Below, one piece after another: positions 23,001-36,608 of a stretch of DNA of 64,000 nt. Position numbers and translations under genes: made by a program. The DNA is taken from NCBI RefSeq assembly GCF_009914755.1, contig NC_060928.1. One strand, 5' to 3'. The notes under the pieces are model-generated. The model was not told the origin of the DNA. It was given only the letters and a program-made list of their open reading frames with translations, and did no database searches. This DNA comes from the human T2T-CHM13v2.0 reference genome, Homo sapiens. Positions within the stretch are counted from its first letter, which is position 1; each line of letters opens with the position of its first letter.

Positions 23001-25419
23001 ATGGTTTTTAAGTCTACTCGTGACAAGAGCACAGTTATAGCCATGATATTAAACAAAAGGAAAACACGACAATCAATAACGATGTACATATAAGTACATA
23101 TAAGGAATTGTACTAAATGTTGTGGGATAAACAAAATAAAAGAAATAAACATTTTCTTCAAGACACTGTCTCATTGGAAAGGCAAATAACAAAGATATGA
23201 AAAATAAAATAGGTAGAAATGGAATAAAAATGCAAAGGTAGCACGTGACTCCCTGTGAAATGATGTTTTAAGAGAGTTAATTACAAAGTCCTATGAACCC
23301 AAAAGGAAAGTGCTCAGATCCGGAAGAATAGGAAATGAAGAACAGTATGCTTGTGTCTGTCCACAAGAAAAATATATGATGTCTAAATAACAACCTAAAA
23401 TAATGAAAGATTTCTGTGATGCATGGCTGACACACAGTACATCTTCATCTCAGGGGAGAATTTCCAGAAGTTGATTTTCCAGATTTATAGAACACAACTC
23501 CTGAGTGGTCACTGCAGCAACTGTGTCATTTTTCTACTTTTTCCAGCTGAACCAGTGACAAGTTACATCACTAATCCTGAGCTTATTAAGAAGTGTCACC
23601 ATCTCATGTTGGAAACCTCTCCGGAGGGTTTGGTACTGTTCTCTCAGGTAGATTATTTAAGATTAATGTCCTGATATGACAAACTGCATTTTTAATCTGT
23701 CATCAAAGCAGATTATCAGAACCAGAAATGACAAGATTTAACACACAGTTTTTCATGCCTAAAACTAACAGCAAAAACTACAATGCATTTCACTACATTC
23801 AAAGTAAACATGATATATTAATGAATGGTTTTTCCTCTGTCACCGAATAATTATAGATTCCTTCTTACTAAAAACAAATTATGTTTATTTCCCTTAAGAA
23901 GACTATGATTAATTATACACAATTACACTTGCCTTTAATTGAACAGATTTCTTCTTTACTCTGGATTAGTGGGTTATTGTATATTATTAAATAGCTTCAG
24001 AAAACCCAAAGAAGGAAACCTTTCTCTTCAGAACTAAAGCTGGGTAAGTAATGGTGGTCGTGGAACTATGGATAGGGGTCAAAAAAGTTTCATTTTCTTG
24101 TTAAAATGACCTATGGCAAACAGAGCTAACAGTGTCTTACAGTTCTGATTTATTGGAAGCACATTGATATGCCTGAATCTCAGAAATTGTATTGGAAAAG
24201 CCACAAATGAAAGCTGAGAGAGATTAACATGTGGTGGGCTAAGACTTTGTAAAGATAGATTCCTAAGGCAGGATTTCTCAAACTCAACAATATTGACATT
24301 TTAGGATGTATAATTTTTGTTGTTGTTGGGGGTTGTCTTGTGCACCACAGAATATTTGCAGCATCTATCCACTAGATGCCAGTAACGTACATCCTCACAG
24401 TTGTGACAAACAATGATATCTCCAGACATTGCCAAATGTCTCCTAGAAGGGGATGGGGGCGGAGTGGGGTAGAGGGGAGCAAAATTGCCCTGGTTGAGAA
24501 CCACCACCCAAAATTGTAGCATTCCTGTCTGGCCCCAAATCTAGAGGACATTGTACCTGATTCTGCTAGATGCTGAAAGTGTATAATTCTGTTGTGATAA
24601 CAGAATATCCAGAATAAAGACCATACTTCCCAGCCTCACCTCCCTTACAGCTAAGTAGGGCCATGCTTCTAAAGTCAGGTTAACAGGATTTAAGCAAAAA
24701 TTGTGTGGGAACTTCCTGGTCATGCCCATAAAAGGAAAAAAATATTTCCTTCTATTCTACTTTCCACCTTCTTGCTGGCTAGTTATAGACATGATGGTGA
24801 GAGCCAGAGCAGCCATACTGGACACAGGGATTGGAGCTGTGTGTTGAGTATGGCAGAGTAACAACAGCATGGGTGGCTGGATGTTTGACATGGTAGAGGT
24901 CCCATATCAGCTTTGAGACCTGAGAGAGAATAAACTTCTCTCTTGCTTAAATCTCTGTTCTATCAGTTTCTTTGTTATAGCAACTGGCATTTTCGTGGTA
25001 ACTAACACACATCCCAACTGCTGTTGCATGCGCTAAGCCAAAAAGGCAGCAATGAAAAGAGGAGGGATCACTTCTTGTCCTTTTGGGTAAGACCAAGTAT
25101 AAAACAGGGAGCTTCCTTTGTCCCACTGGAATCTAAAGAAGCTCTAACTGGGTCTACATCCTTGATTGGAAAACAGTCATTTTTAATTGTAACATAAACA
25201 AACACCAGGGAAAGAAACAGTGAGCAGTGAGGGAGGACGGAGTTAGTGATTCAGTCAGACCAACTGAATTCACACAGGCGATCCAATAGGAAGACAGTGT
25301 GCACAGTTGGTCTTTTCTCAGCTTACACTGAGATTCACGTCTGGACAGGTGAGGCTGGCGAAGTCCCCTACACAGCTGTTTATTTGCATGAGCTGGTTTG
25401 CCATGCAAAGAGCATGCTA

Positions 25420-25880
25420 GGCCAGGCACGGTGGCTCATGCCTATAATCCCAGCACTTTGGGAGGCTGAGGCGGGCAGATTGCTTGAGCCCAGGAGTTCA
25501 AGACCAGCCAGGCCAACATAGGGAGATCCCGTCTCTACAAAAATTAGCTGGGTGTGGTGGCGCCTGTAGTACTAACTACCCAAGAGTCTGAGGTGGGAGG
25601 ATTGCTTGAGCCCAGGAGATCAAGGCTGTGGTGAGCCAAGATTGCATCACTGCACTCCAGCCTGGGTGACAGAGCAAGACTATCTCAAAAAAAGAAAGAA
25701 AGAAAAATAAAAAGAAACGAAGGAAGGAAGGAGAGAGAGAGAGAGAAAGAAAGAAAGAAAGAAAGAAGGAAGGAAGGAGAGAGAGAGAGAAAGGAAGAAG
25801 AAAGAAAGAGAGAGAAGGAAGGAAGGAGAGAGAAAGAAAGAAAGAAAGGAGAAAGAAAGAAAAAAAAGAAAAGAAGAAAT
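25420..25880 (+). repeat. Alu with expanded GA-rich (GAAA/GGAA) tail
   Basis: Alu 25420-25690, then a polypurine tract. Confidence 0.9.
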
Positions 25881-26969
25881 GGCATGTTAGGTTGTACTTT
25901 TGTGGGAATGTAAGAATGAGAAAGACATTATCAGTGGAACGGATGGCCTTGTGTCTGGTCACCTGTCCAGCCCCATGGACAATGTATGAACCAATGAAGA
26001 GTGAACGTTCATAAGCTCAAGTGAGGAAATGGGTTCAGAAAGGTAGTCATGAAACGCATGGCACAGAGCATGACAAAGAGTGCCCAAAGCAGGGGGGAGA
26101 GCTCTCTCCCCACTTTGGCAAGGAATGCAGCCCCAACTGCGTGAACTTTCTAGTTCCTCCATGGTGACAACCAGAGGACCAGGGCGGAAGCTTAGGGGAG
26201 GGGAGGGCCCTGCAGATAACATTGTACCTCACAAGGACCTGCAGAGAACAATGGTGTTGAGCAGTGGGACTGGACTTTGCTTATAAGCACAAGTGAGATA
26301 CCCCGTAGAAATACCCAGAAATGCTTTAGGATGGAGGACATTACAATAAGATGAGGCCATGCATCACTGGGGGAAGCCTTAAGCTGGCAAAGGTTGACCA
26401 TTAATGTTGATGGTCCCCTGTGGCAGATAATAGTGAATTCCTGACCCAGTCAGCATTCCAAGGCCCTTCTCCCTACCATGTTGTTCCAGCCATGAGGGGA
26501 TCTGAGGCAGTGTTCTGGGCAACATGACCAAAACAGAACACTAGTGGTGTTCCTGAAAAAAAAAAAAACAATTTTTTTTTCTGTGATAGAAACACTGCCT
26601 TTTCTCCTTCTGTCTTCTTCCTGGAGGAATGTGAACATGATTCCTGAAGCAACAGCAGCAGCAGCCATCATCTTTAAGCCTCCGCAGTCGCTGATTTCTG
26701 CATCTCTTGTTCTGTGAGGAAAATAGCCCCATGTGCTTAAATGGCTGTAGTTGAGTTTTCTAACACTTGAAGCCACTGCTGATTCATGGCTACAGGCTGA
26801 TAAAAGCAGGGGAAATTTATATTACAGCAAATGTTGCTGCCATCTCTCCTGAAAAAGTGGTCTGAGGATCATATACAAGCCAAATATCTCCTTTCACATA
26901 CTTTGCCCAGTCTATATGTGGCCTTTGTCATCTCACAATGTTTTCATGTTCACTTACTCATCTAAAAAG

Positions 26970-27840
26970 TTTGTTACTGGCGAGGATGTGGGAAAACTGG
27001 ACCCCTCCTATACTGCTGGTGGAAGTTTAAAATGTACATCTACTCTGGAAAATTTCTTGACAGTTTTTCATAAAACTAAATCTGCATTTGCCACATAACC
27101 TAGCAATCATATCCTCTTGGGCATTTATCCCAGAGAAATGAAAACTTATGCTCATATACACAGAGAATAAGTCTGTATATGAATGCTGATAGTAGCTTTA
27201 TTTGTAATAGCAAAAAAACTGTGAACAATCCAAATGTCTTTCAAAGGGCAAATGGTTAAGCAAACTCTGGCATATCCATACGGTGGAATACTATTCAGCC
27301 ACGCAAAGGAATAAACTATGGATACATGCGACAAACTGGGTGGGTCTTAAGGACATTATGCTGGGTGAAAAAGTCAATGTCAAAAGGTTACATACTGTAT
27401 GACTCCATTTATAGAACATCCTGGAAATGACAAAAGTGTAGAGATGGAGAACAGATTAGTGGTGGCCAGGGATTATGAACAGGGGACGGAGGGAGGATGC
27501 AAAGGGGTAGAATGAGGGAGTTCCTTTGTGCTGATGGAACAATTCTGTATCCTAATTGTTGTGTTAGCTACAACAGTAATTATGTACTGATCTATAACTG
27601 GGGTCAAATTGCATAGAACTATAAATACACACACACATGAGTGCATGTAAAAACTGGAGAATGCAGAGTAAGGTCTATACTCTAGTTACTAGTGTTATTC
27701 CACGCCAGTTTACTGGTTTTAATATGGTACTATGGTTATATAAGATGTCACCACTGGGGGAAGATGGGCGACGAGTACATGGAACTCTATGTGTTAAGTG
27801 TTGCAGCTTTCTGTGAGCCCATACATATTTCAAAATAAAG
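26970..27840 (+). mobile_element. Old L1M 3' fragment
   Basis: gaggatgtgggaaaactgg...ggaatactattcagc...caaaataaag. Confidence 0.8.
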
Positions 27841-28779
27841 AGGTTTTTTTTTTTATCAGCCTTAATAATCAGAAAAAAAGGAATAACTGATGACTCAGAG
27901 TATCTTTTCTGAATAAAATCTACAATCATTTTCCTTCAAATTTCTCATATGATTTTAAGCTTGATAGATATTTCGTCTCATTAAAATTTACGTGACATGG
28001 CCGGGCGTGGTGGCTCATGCCTGTAATCCCAGCACTTTGGGAGGTGGAGGGGGGCGGATCATGAGGTCAGGAGTTCAAGAGCAGCCTGGCTAACATAGTA
28101 AAACCCTGTCTCTACTAAAAATACAAAAATTAGCTGGGTGTAGTGGCACACACCTGAAGCCCCAGCTACTCAGGAGGCTGAGGCAGGAAAGTCGCTTGAA
28201 CCCAGGAGGCGGAGCTTTTAGTGAGCTGAGACTGTGTGACTGCACTCCGGCTTGGGTGACAGAGCGAGACTCCGTCTCAAAAAAAAAAAAATTAACGTGA
28301 CGTAACCATAGAAAGAAAGAAAAAAAAAGTTTGGCTTTAGGGAGAAGAAAGCAGAGAACAATATGTATCCTTTGGTCTTAGAAACGAATGGTAATGAAAC
28401 AACAAAAATAGTTTCACAAATTTTTACTTAGAAAATTGAACTTAAGAGCCTTGTTTTGTTTTGTTTTTTTGGTGAGGCGGCGCGGGGAGTTTTGTTTTTT
28501 AGCTGGGCATGGTGGCATGAGCCTGTGGTCCCAGCAACTAGGGAGGCTGAGGTGGGAGGATTGCTTGAGACCAGGAGATGGAGGCTGCAGATGGAGGCTG
28601 CAGTGAGCCGTGATTGTGCCACTGTATTACAGCCTGGGTGACAGAGCAAGACTCTGTCTCAAAGAAAAAAAAAAGAGTCTTGTTCAAGCATAAGCAATGG
28701 GTCAAAAAATAAGGTAACTATAAATACAGTGCAGATGTGAATTTTTAAGTCAGTAACATTGTTTGGGGACTTGATCCAG

Positions 28780-30780
28780 TTACCTTTTATGGTCCAAAGA
28801 AAGACTCTCTGTCACCCACCACACGATTAGTCATTTTTTTCTACCTCTCTTGAGAAAAAATGATGAAATTAATAAATTGTGACTATTAAGCAAGTTATAC
28901 CAACGCCATATGCAATTTTCCCAGAAAGACAAATTGTAAAGGAAATGCTTGCAAAGTTCTTACACAAACTCTCTTGGAAGAGAATAAAAGAGCAGCTGTG
29001 CACTGAGCCCCCCTGGTTGTCTGAAATGAGGTGGTGAGCCACCATTGAGTGTATCAGTTACCTTTGAAAGTTATTACCGTCCTCATTTTCATCTAGAGGG
29101 TAATAAAAGGTGTCAGAAAGTTTTTGCTTTTTGAAGCAGTCATCTGCTTATTTCTAGAAGTAACTGTAGATTAGCGACTAAATCCCCAAATTAAATAAAA
29201 AGAGGAGTCCAAATTGCTAGAACTTTTGAAAGAATTACTGCAGCATAAGCAGGTGTGGGCGTTATATAAATGTGTAGCATTATCTTGGGTAGAATTCAGA
29301 GGGCCCAGCAGAAAAACTGGTTTTGGTCATCTTGTGTCCTGAAGCTTCAGACCCATTACTTATCAAAAAAAAAAAAAAAAAAAAAGTAAACTACAAAGGG
29401 AAGGGAGATATCCTGATTTTGACAAAGCCCGAGTATGTTCATGAACAACTCTCACGTTTTAAAATTTTACCTGTGACCTCTGGTAATTTGCAAACATGAA
29501 GAGACATGGAAGACATTCTGGAAGCACTAACTGGATTACGCAAATTGAAAAACTGCAGATATCTTCACTCCGAACATGACCTACCAATGTCAGACCCACA
29601 TTAAAATCATGACAAATAGTGGCCACTAAATGAATTCCTGAGTAAATGAGATTACACCAAAACTTCTAGTTTATACTCTCAGTTTAAACTATATTTGGGG
29701 GTTATTATATGATTAAATTCAAATTTCAATGGTAATTTTCAGAATATGTGAAATGCCAGAAGATACATCACAATTATTCGGAGTTATTTATAAGGATTAA
29801 ACCTCTGGGGGGAAAGGAGAGAGCCATTTAGGGGGTTTGTTTATTTAGCATCCCATCTGCAGTAGAACTGAATATTTTAAAAAAGCAAAAAGCTGAATGA
29901 TGACATCAATCTAAGGATCCAAGGTATCCAACTGTTAGGAAAGACTGGATCGGAGAAGATTGTAATTGTGACCATAATTCGTATTGTACACATTGGTCAA
30001 TTTCTTTAACAGCGGCTGCAGAAAATGTCAAAGCTCAATTTTTTTTCTCCTCCAACTCTTTGATATTTTGCTGTGTGACTCACGTCCTGTAGTAACTCCT
30101 GGCTGACTTGAAAGCCTTTCTAGGACATCAATTCTCAGGACTCAATTTTCTCTATCAGATTGTTGCAAATAAATCTCATTTTATATCTCAGCTCATAAGA
30201 GCAGTGAAAATGCTTTACTGTGTCTCTGCTTTCTATTGCTGTGTTTAACGCTACAGCTGAGGACTTGATTGTCCCTCCAAGAGACACGTAAGATGGGAAT
30301 GTGAATTCCCTTCCCCCATCCCTTGGCTCCCAGTGACAATGGAGCATGAAGATAGTAAATCATCGTCATAATTGCCTAGACCTATCTAGTCAACTGGCTT
30401 AATAAGACGGGAAGTAGGTTGCTGAGAAAGAGGAATGACGTTTTAACAAGACGACTCAAATCAAACTATAATTTATCCTTCACAACACCTTTAATTTTTC
30501 CGGAAAGTTATCAGAAGCAAAATCGCCATTTTGAAGATACCAAACACGGCTTAACCCTTTTCAATCACTTCATTAAGTCAACAGAAGCATACAAAGCATT
30601 CTTAAAATATTTGCAAATATATGCTAGCAAAATTCCATCTAACTACCTCATTATCTGGTAGTTTCGTAGCATTTGAGTTTTAAAATATTGTCTTTGAAAA
30701 GACAGAAGTTCAAAACTGCGTTTTTCTGCAAGACAATTCCATACTTGCATTTCCACCTTCTGCTAAGAAATTGGGTGGAC
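28780..30780 (-). pseudogene. Pseudo-exon cluster including a large decayed exon (~29900-30780)
   Basis: EFTFPSYVSLGGTIKSSAVALNTAIESRDTVKHFHCSYELRYKMRFICNNLIEKIES*ELMS*KGFQVSQELLQDVSH...AAAVKEIDQCVQYELWSQLQ; non-repetitive; boundaries approximate. Confidence 0.5.
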
Positions 30781-30949
30781 CTGAGCTTTGTGCTCACTGC
30801 CTCCAAACCTTGTTAAATATTTAAAAACCCCTGGCAGCCCAGCAGCCCCAAGTCCGCTTGGGGCTGTGTTCCGATTCAGAAACAAAGTGAAAGGTTTATC
30901 AGGGGATCACCCTTGCAACAGTTTCCGCAGGCACCTCTGGGGGCTGGGA

Positions 30950-31119
30950 CACCGCACGCACCCTGGAGGGGCATCCTGGAGGCCACCACACGCACCCTGG
31001 AGGGGCATCCTGGAGGCCACCGCACGCACCCTGGAGGGGCATCCTGGAAGCCACCGCACGCACCCTGGAGGGGCATCCTGGAGGCCACCGCACGCACCCT
31101 GGAGGGGCATCCTGGAAAG
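30950..31119. repeat. 34-bp GC-rich minisatellite, 5 copies
   Basis: CACCGCACGCACCCTGGAGGGGCATCCTGGAGGC at 30950, 30984, 31018, 31052, 31086. Confidence 0.95.
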
Positions 31120-31318
31120 CACCTAGGAATGTGCGAGCTTGGCCGCGGCTGTGCTTGTTCCATCCTTGACGCATGGCAGCTTTGTATTGTCCAGTTTCTG
31201 ACCTCCATTTAGATTAGGACTCAGTAGAAAAAAATTGAAATCGCAAATACTTCTCTTAGTTCTCCCTTGATTTTTTGGTTGAAAGGCTTTGCCTGTGCTG
31301 GCCAGGCGCGGTGACTCA

Positions 31319-31642
<324 letters not shown>

Positions 31643-31699
31643 TTAGATCTGAGAACTGAAATCACAGCAGGGCTGGGGCTCACCTGTTTCCTTGTACTT

Positions 31700-32000
31700 C
31701 CTCACCTTCTCTTTTCTTCCTTTCCTTCATCCTAACTTATTTTTTAACCCTTTTTTCTTTTCCTCTTCCTTCCTTAGTCCCTCTCTCTCCTCTTTCCTTT
31801 CTTCCTTTTTCTTACCCTCTTCCTTTGTTCCTCCCTTTCTTCTCCCTTTCCTCCTTCCCTTCTTTCCTTCTTCCTTCCTCCCTTCCTCCCTTTCTCCTTC
31901 CTTCCTCCTTCTCTCCCTTCTTCCTTTTCTTCTTTTCTCCATTCCTTCCCCTCTTCCTTCTTCCTTTTCCTTCCTTCTTCCCTCTGTTCCTTCTTCTTTG
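31700..32000. repeat. CT-rich polypyrimidine low-complexity tract
   Basis: About 300 bp almost entirely C/T. Confidence 0.9.
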
Positions 32001-33098
32001 GGTATCTCACCTTCACAGAGACCCTCCCTCTTGCTGTCTGAAATGCCTGCTGGCCCTTGAGTCAAATGTAAGTCTTAAAACTTACATTTTTCAGTTACTT
32101 CCCTGAATCTTGTACTTGTACTTCCCTGATCAGGTACTTCCCTTGAATCTTGTCAGTCAGGATTTTGTTGCTCTTTAAAGCCTGCATTTCTGCCACGCTG
32201 TTGAGGAGATTTAAAGTGTGCTCTGTGCTGGCGTGAAAATATGCATCCTCCCTGCAGCCTTAGCTTTAAGCAAGAGGCAAGCACTGATGGGGGGTAGCCC
32301 TCACCTGGTGTCCTGAAAGGGAGTAGTCTAGGAATGTGTGTTCTACACTGGCAATAGGTTTATTTGCCCATGATTTTGACTTTAAAAAGAAAACTTCAAA
32401 CACAGAAGTAAGTATACTAAACAGTGACTGTATTAGGCTTGTCCTTACTGATTTCCTCTTCACAACTATGCCCAATTTACACCTGTGGAAACAGAGGCAC
32501 AGATAGGCTAAACACACCCCCAGTGATGCACAGCTGGTCTGTGTCAGGGCCAGGATTTGAAAGCCAGGCGGCCTGGTTCTGGAGCTCTGCCTAGAACCAC
32601 TATTCTGCAATGCCTCTGTCAGTAGACGGAAACATAGGACATAGTTTAGAGGGTTTTCATACATATATAGGGTGACACTGTTCATACTATTCTGACATTT
32701 AAAATCTTTTCTCAGCCAGGTATGGTGGCTCACACCTGTAGTCCTAGCACTTTGGGAAACTCCTGGCTTGAGGCCAGGAGTTCAAGACCAGCTTGGACAA
32801 CATAGTAAGACCCTATCTGTACAAAAAATTGATAAATTAGCTGGGCATGGTGATACACACCTGTAATACCAGCTACTCTGGGAGGCTGAAGTGGGAGGAT
32901 CGCTTCAGCCTGAACGATTGAGGCTGCAGTAAGCCATCATTGCACCACTGCACTCCAGCCTGGGCAACAAAGCAAGACCCTGTCTCAAAAATTCAAGAAA
33001 TCATTTCTCAAGGGTGATGAGGAGTGACTGCTTAATATGTATGAGGCTCCCTTTTGGAGTGATAACACCGTCCTGGAATTAAAGAGAGGTGATGGTTG

Positions 33099-33537
33099 TA
33101 TTGTAGAACCTTACTCCTTAGTTCAGCTAAATCTCAGGTTCTTGTCACACGACCAGGAAAATTTAGGCACACGGACACATTGAAGGGTGAGTAGAGCAGG
33201 ACTTTATTGGGCAAAAAGGAAAAAAAGAAAAAAAAAACACTCAGCAAAGTGAGATGGAGACCTGTAACATGCCGTCCACCTCACAGACTGAATCCCTGGC
33301 CACCACACAGGAACCTGGGAGAGCAGGCTCCTCCCCTGTGTAGGGTGCCAATTCCCCATGGCTCCACCCACTTCCCCCAGTGCGCATGTGGAGCTCCAGT
33401 CCACTGTGGGCATGCCCAGACAAAGCTTTGGGCAGAGTCCCTCATCTGCACGAAAGCATCCGATGTAAACACTTGTGGGGCAGGTTGGAGATTCTCTGGG
33501 GACCCCTTCTTATCTGCCTAAGCATTTGGCTGTCTCA
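33099..33537 (-). mobile_element. ERV1 (MER4-group-like) solo LTR inserted in an L1M fragment
   Basis: Minus-strand start TGAGACAGCCAAATGC; 4-bp TSD GTTG; subfamily not assigned. Confidence 0.75.
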
Positions 33538-34215
33538 GTTGCACACTATGAATGTATTAAATGCCACTAAATTGTACACTTAAAAATGGTTTGTGGTTAA
33601 TTTTATGTTATGTGAATTTTGCCCCAATTAAAAAAAAATTAGTATACTGAAGATTACATAATCGTATAATAATCAGTTTGACTATTTCCCTATTTATGGA
33701 CAATCAGGTTATTTCCAAGGTTTTGCTCTTACAATTTATGCTTCAAAACAACTTCCTTGCACTTATGTGTTTGTACACATATTTGAGCATTTCTATAAGG
33801 CAGTTTCCTTGAAGTATACACATATTTGAGTGTTTCTATAAGGCAGTTATTGAGTTGGAGGTTGTTCCTAGTTTAAGTTTTGATAGATACTACCACAGTT
33901 CCCTCAAAATAAAAAAGTGCCAATGTGTGCACTTAAGTAAGAATCACCACTCAAGATTTTTTTTTTTTTTTGAGACAGAGTTTTGCTCTTGTTGCCCAGG
34001 CTGGAATGCAGTGGCTCACTGCAGCCTCTGCCTCCCAGGTTCAAGTGATTCTCCTGCCTCAGCCTCCGAAGTAGCTGGGATTACAGGCACCCGCCACCAA
34101 GCCCCACTAATTTTGGTATTTTTAGTAGTAGAAACGGGGTTTACCATGTTGGCCAGGCTGGTCTCGCACTCCTGACCTCAGGTGATCCTCCCACCTTGGC
34201 CTCCCAGAGTGCTGG

Positions 34216-35881
34216 TGTGTCCGGAATTGGTGGGTTCTTGGTCTCACTGACTTCAAGAATGAAGCCGCGGACCCTCGTGGTGAGTGTTACAGCTCTTAAG
34301 GTGGCGCGTCTGGAGTCTGTCCCTTCTGATGTTCAGATGTGTTCAGAGTTTCTTCCTTCTGGTGGGTTCGTGGTCTCGCTGGCTCAGGAGTGAAGCTGCA
34401 GACCTTCACGGTGAGTGTTACAGCTCTTAAGGCAGCACGTCTGGGGTTGTTCATTCATCCCGGTGGGCTCATGGTCTCCCTGGGCTCAGGAGTGAAGCTG
34501 CAGATCTTCGCGGTGAGTGTTACAGCTCATAAAAGCAGCGTGGACCCAAAGAGTGAGCAGTAGCAAGATTCATTGCAGAGTGAAAAAACAATGCTTCCAC
34601 AGTGTGGAAGGGGATCCAAGCGGGTTACCAATGCTGGCTCGGGCAGCCTGCTTTTAGTCTCTTATCTGGCCCCACCCACATCCTGCTGATTGGTAGAGCC
34701 GAGTGGCCTGTTTTGACAGGGTGCTGATTGGTGCATTTACAATCCCTGGGCTAGATACAAAGGTTCTCCACGTCCCCATCAGATTAGTTAGATACAGAGT
34801 ATGGACACAAAGGTTCTCCAAGGCCCCAGCAGAGCAGCTAGATACAGAGTGTCGATTGGTGCATTCACAAACCTTGAGCTAAACACAGGGTGCTGATTGG
34901 TGTGTTTACAAACCTTGAGCTAGATACAGAGTGCTGATTGGTGTATTTACAATCCCTGAGCTAGACATAAAGGTTCTCCAAGGCCCCACCAGAGCAGCTA
35001 GATACAGAGTGTCGATTGGTGCACTCACAAACCCTGAGCTAGACACAGGGTGCTGATTGGTGTGTTTACAATCCCTGAGCTAGACATAAAGGTTCTCCAA
35101 GGCCCCACCAGAGCAGCTAGATAACAGAGTGTCCATTGGTGCACTCACAAACCTTGAGCTAAACACAGGGTGCTGATTGGTGTATTTACAATCCCTGAGC
35201 TAGACATAAAGACTGTCCACATCCCCACCAGACTCAGGAGCCCAGCTGGCTTCACCTAGTGGATCCCACATCGGGGCTGCAGGTGGAGCTGCCTGCCAGT
35301 CCTGCGCGTGCGCTCGCATTCCTCAGCCCTTGGGTGGTCGATGGGACTGGGCGCCATGGAGCAGGGGGTGGTGCTCGTCAGGGAGGCTCGGGCCGCACAG
35401 GAGCCCATGGAGTGGGTGGGAGGCTCAGGCATGGTGGGCTGCAGGTCCCGAGCCCTGCCCCGCGGGAAGGCAGCTAAGGCTCGGTGAGAAATCGAGCACA
35501 GCGCCGGTCGGCTGGCACTGCTGGGGGACCCAGTACACCCTCCGCAGCCGCTGGCCCGGGTGCTAAGCCCCTCACTGCCCGGGGCCGGCAGGGCCAGCTG
35601 GCCGCTCAGAGTGCAGGGCCAGCCAAGCCCACGCCCACCCGGAACTCCAGCTGGCCCGCAAGCGCTGCGCACAGCCCTGGTTCCCGCTCGTGCCTCTCCC
35701 TCCACACCTCCCTGCAAGCTGAGGGAGCCGGCTCTGGCCTTGGCCAGCCCAGAAAGGGGCTCCCACAGTGCAGCGGCAGGCCGAAGGGCTCCTCAAGTGC
35801 GGCCAAAGTGGGAACCCAGGCAGAGGAGGCGCCGAGAGCAAGCGAGGGTTTTGAGGACTGCCAGCACGCTGTCACCTCTCA
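34216..35881 (-). mobile_element. Solo LTR12C (ERV9) nested in an Alu (33957-35915)
   Basis: TGAGAGGTGACAGCGTGCTGG...CCAATTCCGGACACA termini; tandem CCAAT/GATA repeats; TSD CTGG splitting Alu gctgg|gattaca. Confidence 0.95.
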
Positions 35882-36608
35882 CTGGGATTACAGGCGTGAG
35901 CCGCCACGCCCAGCCTGGAGACAGATTTTTATATTGCAAAGTGGTTCTCCTGCTGCGTGTTGATCTCTGCAACCACATATTAAAATACAGCACACTCAAA
36001 GCCTCATTTTGTTTTACTCTGAAACTCAGATATTGGGTGGGGCCCACTATGGTTCCTGTGTCCCTAGCACAGACATAGTGGTTTTAGAGGTCCTCTGCTC
36101 CAGACCCTACTTCCACACATTGTATCTCTGTTCTACTCTAGGGGCCCAACTTCACTGGTTTAAAAAAAAAAAATCTATTTCCACCAAACATGTTGTCAGT
36201 TTGATTATTATGAAGATTTGAAGAGCCAGAGAGAGGAGTCACATCCCGCGTAGACCCAGTCATTTCATACCCAGGTCCCTCTGGAAGCCTTTTTCTATCT
36301 CTTTCTTCCCCTTCTTCCCAGGTTCCATCCTCTACAGGCAGCCTTACCTCACCCTGGCCTCTGAGAGCTGGGCCTTGGCCTAGCCAAACCCTGGAGGCTC
36401 AGCCCCTACCCAGGGAGACTTGGAGAGGCAATTTCCCCAAAGATGGCTCTCTCCTTAGGAGGAATTTTCACAGCAGCAGCTAAAAATACACAATATTCCA
36501 AACCTCATTTCAGAATGTGTTGTATCCTTCACCCTGAAGCAAGAATGTGCTGCCTCCCCTTTGTGGGAAAAGCACTCACCCTCCCTTGCGGACTTACCTT
36601 TCCCATAC

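Noticed and set aside
30788-31212. Repetitive ORFs on both strands; CRISPR-like periodicity
   Set aside because: Tandem minisatellite with no unique spacers, in a eukaryotic context.
31692-32106. Hydrophobic or Lys/Glu/Arg-rich ORFs (also 25576-25962)
   Set aside because: Translations of CT/GA low-complexity tracts.
35256-36078. Several overlapping ORFs up to 172 aa
   Set aside because: They lie in GC-rich LTR12C U3 and Alu sequence; stop-poor by composition.
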